From an uncultured bacterium (lineage in GTDB: Bacteria; Muiribacteriota; UBA6191; CAZXTJ01; CAYOHP01): a stretch of DNA of 64,000 nt. The position numbers and the translations under genes were made by a program. The stretch lies in contig CAYOHP010000017.1 in assembly GCA_964403795.1 (NCBI GenBank), positions 1,821-65,820 of the forward strand, in the 5' to 3' direction. Shown piece by piece: positions 58,300 to 64,000 of the stretch. A model generated the notes under the pieces. That model searched no databases and was not told the origin of the DNA. It was given only the letters and a program-made list of their open reading frames with translations. How positions within the stretch are numbered: the first letter of the stretch is position 1; the number at the start of each line of letters is the position of its first letter.

Positions 58300-59139
58300 A
58301 TGCTCGCGATCTACGCGTTCCTCTCGGTCGTCGCCATCTCGCTCCTGATCCTCAGGGTCGGGACCATCGCCCTCATGCTGACCGGCCTCTCGGAGGACCT
58401 CGCTGCCTTCCAGGCACTCTCGGCCTTCACCGGGACGGGCTTCACGACCTCCGAGGCCGAGTCGATGATGAGCCATCCCGGGCGTCGCAGGATCGTCCGC
58501 GACCTGATGATCCTCGGGAACATGGGAGTCGTCTCGGCCGTCTCGACCGCGATCCTGACGGTGGGCTCGCTCGCAAGCTCCCAGCAGGGGGAGCAGTCCC
58601 TGATGGTGCTCCTCTGCGGCCTCGGCCTGATCTCGGCGACCAGTTTCCACCCGAAGTTGCGGCGGGCCATCTCGATTCCCATCCAGAAGTCCCTCGAGGC
58701 GCTCACGGACCTCGAACTCAAGGACTACGCGGACCTGCTCCAGGTCGAGGGCGGCTACCGGGTAGCCGAGCTGCGGATCGGCGCCGACCACTGGGCCTGC
58801 GGGAAGACCCTGCTGCAGCTCCGCCTCGCCGACGAAGGCGTCTGGATCCTGGGGATCCGCCGGGCCGACGGACGCTATCTCGGGGTCCCGGTGCCGACGA
58901 CCGCCGTCCTGGCCGAAGACCACCTGATCGTCTACGGGAAGGCCCAGGAACTCGCCGACCTGGCCCACCGCAAGCAGGGCCCCGAAGGGGACGCCGAGCA
59001 CCGCGCCGCCAAGATCCGGGCAGACCGGATCGAAGCGGCCGAGATCCTGGAGGACCGCCTGGCATTGGAGGCTCCGGAACCCGCGGATCCGGAGGGTCCG
59101 CGCGGGGATCCCCCCGGGAACCCTTCTCAGGGCTCGTAG
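58300..59139 (+). CDS. 2-TM ion-channel-like membrane protein with C-terminal RCK_C (TrkA-C) domain
   Basis: Internal ATG (MLAIYAFLSVVAISLL) with GGAGGGG upstream. TM1 - pore-like segment ALSAFTGTGFTTSE - TM2 - RCK_C (YRVAELRIGADHWACGKTLLQLRL...HLIVYG). Confidence 0.55.
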   Translation: MLAIYAFLSVVAISLLILRVGTIALMLTGLSEDLAAFQALSAFTGTGFTTSEAESMMSHPGRRRIVRDLMILGNMGVVSAVSTAILTVGSLASSQQGEQSLMVLLCGLGLISATSFHPKLRRAISIPIQKSLEALTDLELKDYADLLQVEGGYRVAELRIGADHWACGKTLLQLRLADEGVWILGIRRADGRYLGVPVPTTAVLAEDHLIVYGKAQELADLAHRKQGPEGDAEHRAAKIRADRIEAAEILEDRLALEAPEPADPEGPRGDPPGNPSQGS

Positions 59140-59230
59140 CCGGTCTTCGACCTGCCGAGGGGGATCTGCCGATGAGGACCACCGGCTCCCGGATCCCCGG
59201 GTACTCTGGCCCCCGACCCAGGAAGGCTCC

Positions 59231-60199
59231 ATGCGACACCCGTCCTCGTTCCTCGTGCTGGTCCTCGCTTCGGGGCTGGGGCTGGCGTCGGCCGGATGGG
59301 CCGGAGACCCGGCGAATGCCCCTGGACGCACCTTCGCCCCGCCCACGGTGTTTCCCCAGCCCTCGGTCGAGGCGCTCCCCACCATGCGGTCGGCGGCCGG
59401 CGAGCTGGTGGCCCGTGCCAAGGTGACCCTCCCTCCCGGGGCCTACATGCGTCCCCCGGGAGAGGAGCTCTCGCCCCTGGTGGTGCAACCCGCACCGGGA
59501 CCCGGCATCGAGTGGGGGACCATAGAGTTGGAACCGGTCCGATCCCGTCCTCCCCGGGGCAACGCGGTCTTCGACGCGCTGGTGGGAGAGTTCGAGGTGA
59601 GGGTTCGCTCCAGGGCCCCTGCTCCCCCGGTCGCGACCTGGTCGCCTGGACTGGCGCTCCGGGGCGCGATCGAGCTGGCCGGGGGAGTCTGCATTCCCCT
59701 CTCTCGCGAGGTCCTGGCACCGGCAGGAGACTCCTCGGCTCCCTCCCCGGGCAGCGCCCGCGAAGGTCGCCTCCGGGTGGAGGCCGGGCAGCCCGACGCC
59801 CGTACCCGGATCCTCCCGGGCGAGCGCATGATGATCGGGGCCGCGGCCGTGACCGAGCTTCCTGCGGGCAGCTACCACCTGGTGATCGACGCTCCCCACC
59901 GCCATCCGGAGCGTCGCCAGGTCACCGTGGAGCCAGGGCGCGAGACCGTGGTCACGACCTCCCTGGCACCGGCACGGCCGGCGCACCTCCTGCTCTCGGT
60001 CTTCCCCGAGGGCGCCCGGGTAGAGGAAGGCGGGAAGCTGCTCGGCATCTCGGGCCCCCACCTCGTCCTGACCCTGGAGCCCGGGTTCCACGTGCTCGAA
60101 CTCCGACTGCCCGGGCACCGGGAGGTCTTTCCCAGCTTCGAGCTGCGCTCCGGCGAGCGCCGGCGGGCGCTCCACCGACTCATCCCCGAATCGAGGTAG
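59231..60199 (+). CDS. Secreted PEGA-domain protein
   Basis: Signal peptide (MRHPSSFLVLVLASGLGLASAGWAG). C-terminal PEGA-like beta-sandwich (LLLSVFPEGARVEEGGKLLG...GFHVLELRLPGH), preceded by a similar repeat. Confidence 0.55.
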   Translation: MRHPSSFLVLVLASGLGLASAGWAGDPANAPGRTFAPPTVFPQPSVEALPTMRSAAGELVARAKVTLPPGAYMRPPGEELSPLVVQPAPGPGIEWGTIELEPVRSRPPRGNAVFDALVGEFEVRVRSRAPAPPVATWSPGLALRGAIELAGGVCIPLSREVLAPAGDSSAPSPGSAREGRLRVEAGQPDARTRILPGERMMIGAAAVTELPAGSYHLVIDAPHRHPERRQVTVEPGRETVVTTSLAPARPAHLLLSVFPEGARVEEGGKLLGISGPHLVLTLEPGFHVLELRLPGHREVFPSFELRSGERRRALHRLIPESR

Positions 60200-60275
60200 C
60201 GGCCGGCGGCAGCGGCCGCCCGAGTCGTCTCCGGAGCGTGTACGCTCGACCAGGCCGAATCCGAGGGGGCATGGC

Positions 60276-62033
60276 ATGAGGACCCACGAGACGAGCGAGG
60301 CCTGGTTCCAGGGATCCGACGGGGCCCGCCTCTTCTACCGCATGTGGAAGCCCCGGGAGCCGAGCAACCGGGCCGTGTTCCTGTTCCATCGGGGGCACGA
60401 GCACTCGGGTCGGCTGATGGAGCTGGCCGAGGACCTGGAGCTGGACGGGTTCTGGATCTTCGCCTGGGACCAGCGGGGCCACGGCCGCTCTCCGGGCGAC
60501 CGGGGCTACGCCGACAGCCTGTCCCAGGTGGTCGCCGACCTCGACCGCTTCGTCGCCCACGTGGGCGCGACCCACGGCATCCCGATCGAGGAGACGGCGG
60601 TGGTCGCCTACAGCGTGGCCAGCGTGATCGTCTCGGCCTGGGTGCATGACTACGCACCCCGGATCCGCGCCATGGTGCTCGCCGCCCCGGCGCTACGGGT
60701 CAAGCTCTACGTGCCCTTCGCCCTGCCCCTGCTCCGCCTCCAGAGGTGGCTCCTGGGTCCTGCGGCCCGGGTCGACAGCTACGTGAAGTCGCGGATGCTG
60801 ACCAGCGACCCCGAGAAGGCCCGCGAGTACGACGCCGATCCCCTGATCGCCCGGGCCATCGCCACCAACCTGTTGATCGACCTCTTCGACACCTCGACCC
60901 GGCTGATGGCAGATGCCGGCGCCATCCGGGTCCCGACCCTGCTCCTGACCGCGGGCTCCGACTGGGTGGTGGAGACCGAGCCCCAGCGCAGGCTGTTCGA
61001 GGGTTTGGGATCCCGCATCAAGGAGCACGAGGTCTATCCCTCCTTCCACCACGCCATCTTCCACGAGAAGCAACGCCACCTCCCGGTGGAGCGGACCCGG
61101 CGCTTCCTGTTCGAGGCCTTCGCCTCCCCTCCCGAGGACGAGTCCGACCTGCTCGAGGCGGACCGCCATGGCTACACCCGCGACGAGTTCGAGCGCCTGA
61201 ACCGCCAGCTCCGTCCCACCGACCCCAAGGCCTGGTGGTTCGCCCTGGGTCGGCTCTTCCTCGATACCGTGGGGCGGCTCTCCGACGGGGTCCGGATCGG
61301 ATGGGCCAGCGGCTTCGATTCGGGCGAGATGCTGGACTACGTCTACGAGGACCGGGCCTCGGGGCTCGGGACCGCAGGCCGCCTTCTGGACCGGGTCTAC
61401 CTCGACCAGATCGGGTGGGAGGGGATCCGGATCCGCCGGCGACACCTGGCCGCCCGGGTGAGGACCGCCATCGACGAGGCGCTGGCGGCACGCGGCAAGG
61501 CCCACGTCGTCGACGTGGCGGCCGGTCCCGGCCGGTACCTGATCGAGCTCTCCCGGGAACTCGGCGAGGCGCCGGTCACCATGCTCTGTCGCGACTGGAG
61601 CGAGACCGCGGTCCAGGCCGGCCGTGTCCTGGCCCGCCGGCAGGGCGCTACCCGGGTCGCCCACGCCCGGGGCGACGCCTTCGACCCCGACTCCCTGGCC
61701 GCCCTCGATCCCCGGCCCGACGTGGCCGTGATCTCCGGGCTGTTCGAACTCTTCCCCGAGAACGCCCCGATCCGCCGGTGCCTGGCGGGACTCCGCAGGG
61801 CCCTGCCCCAGGGCGGGACGCTGGTCTACACCAACCAGCCCTGGCACCCGCAGGTGGAGGACATCGCCCGGATGCTGGTGAACCGGGAGGGCAAGGCCTG
61901 GATCATGCGCCGGCGCACCCAGGCGGAGATGGATGCCCTGGTCCGGGAGGCCGGCTTCGAGAAGCAGGGAATGGACGTCGATCCCTGGGGGATCTTCACC
62001 GTCTCCCGGGCGGTCCTCCGCTCGCCGCAGTGA
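60276..62033 (+). CDS. Bifunctional alpha/beta-hydrolase (lysophospholipase/MGL-like) / class I SAM-dependent methyltransferase
   Basis: N-terminal region (FLFHRGHEHSGR, VVAYSVAS GxSxG-like nucleophile elbow, PTLLLTAGSDWVV). C-terminal SAM-methyltransferase fold (HVVDVAAGPGRYL motif I, DVAVISGLFE). Confidence 0.7.
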   Translation: MRTHETSEAWFQGSDGARLFYRMWKPREPSNRAVFLFHRGHEHSGRLMELAEDLELDGFWIFAWDQRGHGRSPGDRGYADSLSQVVADLDRFVAHVGATHGIPIEETAVVAYSVASVIVSAWVHDYAPRIRAMVLAAPALRVKLYVPFALPLLRLQRWLLGPAARVDSYVKSRMLTSDPEKAREYDADPLIARAIATNLLIDLFDTSTRLMADAGAIRVPTLLLTAGSDWVVETEPQRRLFEGLGSRIKEHEVYPSFHHAIFHEKQRHLPVERTRRFLFEAFASPPEDESDLLEADRHGYTRDEFERLNRQLRPTDPKAWWFALGRLFLDTVGRLSDGVRIGWASGFDSGEMLDYVYEDRASGLGTAGRLLDRVYLDQIGWEGIRIRRRHLAARVRTAIDEALAARGKAHVVDVAAGPGRYLIELSRELGEAPVTMLCRDWSETAVQAGRVLARRQGATRVAHARGDAFDPDSLAALDPRPDVAVISGLFELFPENAPIRRCLAGLRRALPQGGTLVYTNQPWHPQVEDIARMLVNREGKAWIMRRRTQAEMDALVREAGFEKQGMDVDPWGIFTVSRAVLRSPQ

Positions 62034-63340
62034 GTCCGCCCCCCGGCCCGGCCCGGTCGCTCCCGGCAGCCACCGGCTGGATGCTGGCGTGCTCCGTCTG
62101 GTTCATGCTGGCCTACAACGCCTGCACCTGGATCACGTCGCGCCGGAGCGACGTCGGCACCTGGTTCTTCGAATGGGAACTCTCGATCCCGTTCGTGCCG
62201 GCCATGATCGTCCCCTACTGGTCGCTCGACCTCCTGTTCGTGGCCGGCTTCTTCGTGTGCCGGAGCCGCGACGAGGTCGCGGTGCTCGGCAAGCGACTGG
62301 CCCTGGCGACCCTGGCGGCCTCCGTCGGCTTCCTCCTCTTCCCCCTCCGGCTCGGCTTCCCGAGACCCCCGGTCGAGGGCTTCTACGGGATGCTCTTCGA
62401 CTTGCTCCGCAGCTTCGACGCTCCCTTCAACCTCTGCCCTTCGCTGCACATCGCGCTCCGCACCCTCCTCGCCGACACCTATGCCCGCCATACCCGGGGA
62501 GCGCTCCGGGTCGCGGTCCATCTGTGGTTCTCGCTGATCGGGTTCTCGACGCTGCTCACCTGGCAGCACCACCTGATCGACGTGGCCGGCGGGTTCGTAC
62601 TGGCGACGCTGTGCTTCTACGCGGTGAGGGAACGGCCCTCGACAGGGGTGGTGCCGAATCCCAGGATCGCCCTCTGGTACGGCCTGGCGCTCGTCGCCTG
62701 TCTCGGGGCCGCCCGAGCCACGGGCGGACCGGTCGGCCTGCTGCTGCTCTGGCCGGCCCTCTGCTTCGGGCTCCTGGTGGCCGGGTACCTGCGCCTCGGT
62801 CCATGGGTCTACGGCAAGACCGGCCCGGAGATCCCCCTGGCACCGCGACTGGTGATGGCACCATGCCGCCTCGGACAGGAGCTGTCACGACGCTGGTACG
62901 CGAAGGAGTGCCGGCCCTGGGACCCGGTCGCCCCGGGGATCTGGATCGGACGCCAGCTCGACGACGCCGAGGCCGCCGCGGCAGTGGCCCAGGGGGTCAC
63001 CGCGGTCCTCGACCTCACCGCCGAGTTCCAGGCTCCGGGGCCCTTCGCGGCGCTTCCCCGGCTCGACCTGCCGGTCCTCGACCTCACTCGCCCCTCCCGC
63101 GCCGAGCTCGAGGCCGGGCTCGCCTTCCTCGCCGAACACGCGCCCCGGGGCACCGTCTACGTGCACTGCAAGATCGGCTACTCGCGCTCGGCCGCCATGG
63201 TGGGCGCATGGCTGATCCGCTCCGGGGCGGTCCGGGATGCCGAGGCCGCAGTGGCCCGCCTCCGGGAGGTGCGGCCCACGATCGTGGTGCGACCGGAGGC
63301 CTGGGACGCACTCCGCGAGATCGCTGCCTCGGGGCGCTGA
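62030..63340 (+). CDS. PAP2 (type-2 phosphatidic-acid-phosphatase) membrane domain fused to dual-specificity protein-phosphatase (CX5R) domain
   Basis: GTG start overlapping the upstream stop (GTGA), or ATG 51 bp downstream. PAP2 motifs (CPSLHIA, LTWQHHLIDV). 6 TM helices. C-terminal VHCKIGYSRSAAMV = HCxxGxxRS phosphatase P-loop. Confidence 0.65.
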   Translation: MSPPPGPARSLPAATGWMLACSVWFMLAYNACTWITSRRSDVGTWFFEWELSIPFVPAMIVPYWSLDLLFVAGFFVCRSRDEVAVLGKRLALATLAASVGFLLFPLRLGFPRPPVEGFYGMLFDLLRSFDAPFNLCPSLHIALRTLLADTYARHTRGALRVAVHLWFSLIGFSTLLTWQHHLIDVAGGFVLATLCFYAVRERPSTGVVPNPRIALWYGLALVACLGAARATGGPVGLLLLWPALCFGLLVAGYLRLGPWVYGKTGPEIPLAPRLVMAPCRLGQELSRRWYAKECRPWDPVAPGIWIGRQLDDAEAAAAVAQGVTAVLDLTAEFQAPGPFAALPRLDLPVLDLTRPSRAELEAGLAFLAEHAPRGTVYVHCKIGYSRSAAMVGAWLIRSGAVRDAEAAVARLREVRPTIVVRPEAWDALREIAASGR

Positions 63341-63344
63341 GAGA

Positions 63345-63986
63345 TCACTCCCAGGCCGGGAACTTGCCCTCTTCCGCCAGGCGGGCCATGCGCTCGCCGA
63401 GCTCGGCCATGAAGCCTTCCTTGGTACCGGTCCACGAGAATGGTTCCCCCACGAAGACGTCGCAGAAGAACGGCACCAACAGGGCCTCTCCCTTGGGCAG
63501 GGCCTTCCCCAGCCCGTGCATGAAGACGGGATAGACCGGGACCTCGGGGAAGGTCTCGGCCAGGAAGGCGACTCCGCTCTTCAGCGGCTTGGCGCGCTCC
63601 GGATCCCCACGGGTCCCCTCCGGGAAGAAGATCACGATGCGGTCCTCGGCCAGGGCATCGAGCACCGGGGCCAGGATCTCCTGGCGGGACTTCCCGCCGG
63701 ATCGGTCCAGCGGGATGATCCCCAGGATCGTGCGCGAGAACCAGGACAGCAACGCATTCCGGAAGAAGTAGTCGGCGGCCCCGACCGGACGCACCATCGG
63801 CAACCGTCGGGTCGGGAAGAGGCTCATCAGCACCAGGGCATCGAGGTGGCTGTTGTGGTTGGCGACCACCAGGGCCGGACCTCGGGAAGGCAGGCGGCGA
63901 CGATGGCGCACGTTCACTCCCAGCGCCAGGGCCAGGAAGGGGCGCACCACCAGGCTGAAGAAGAGACGGCGCAGGAAGTGGTTCAC
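63345..63986 (-). CDS. plsC: 1-acyl-sn-glycerol-3-phosphate acyltransferase (PlsC/LPLAT family)
   Basis: NHNSHLDA (HX4D), FPEGTR, LAETFPEVPVYPVF motifs. 213 aa. Confidence 0.8.
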   Translation of the reverse strand: MNHFLRRLFFSLVVRPFLALALGVNVRHRRRLPSRGPALVVANHNSHLDALVLMSLFPTRRLPMVRPVGAADYFFRNALLSWFSRTILGIIPLDRSGGKSRQEILAPVLDALAEDRIVIFFPEGTRGDPERAKPLKSGVAFLAETFPEVPVYPVFMHGLGKALPKGEALLVPFFCDVFVGEPFSWTGTKEGFMAELGERMARLAEEGKFPAWE

Positions 63987-64000
63987 GGGGTCCAGGGCAG

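Overview
This is a high-GC (~70-72%) bacterial chromosomal window with dense coding. I support about 49 protein-coding genes. I found no rRNA or tRNA genes, no CRISPR array and no transposase or integrase. Because of the GC content, nearly every real gene is shadowed by long spurious antisense or out-of-frame ORFs. I chose genes by protein-level plausibility (catalytic motifs, domain architecture, signal peptides, 4-bp ATGA/GTGA/TTGA overlaps between consecutive genes) and often used internal start codons of the listed ORFs.

The content is signalling-heavy: five eukaryotic-like Ser/Thr kinases, two FHA-domain sigma-54 enhancer-binding proteins and a PAS hybrid histidine kinase. It is also rich in cell-envelope and lipid genes: PlsC-type acyltransferases, a PAP2 phosphatase, two B12-binding radical-SAM enzymes, a GT4 glycosyltransferase and a glycoside hydrolase. 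That profile fits Myxococcota-like or Acidobacteriota/Gemmatimonadota-like soil bacteria, but I cannot assign taxonomy from sequence alone.

The most system-like loci are:
- A minus-strand operon encoding a bona fide lysine 2,3-aminomutase (KamA), two tandem D-Ala-D-Ala-ligase-family ATP-grasp ligases and a GNAT acetyltransferase. I read this as a putative beta-lysine peptide or compatible-solute pathway not matching described ablAB or kamA-yodP layouts. A Ser/Thr kinase and an ADP-ribosylglycohydrolase sit directly upstream.
- A tandem pair of paralogous LysM-domain secreted proteins (segmental duplication visible at DNA level), each preceded by a near-perfect sigma-54 -24/-12 promoter and a conserved inverted-repeat element about 120 bp upstream.
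- A roughly 12.6-kb minus-strand envelope/glycan operon containing a B12-binding radical-SAM enzyme with non-canonical CX7CX2C cysteine spacing.
- A lipid-tailoring neighbourhood at the 3' end: a second B12-radical-SAM enzyme, an alpha/beta-hydrolase-methyltransferase fusion, a PAP2-DUSP phosphatase fusion and a PlsC acyltransferase.
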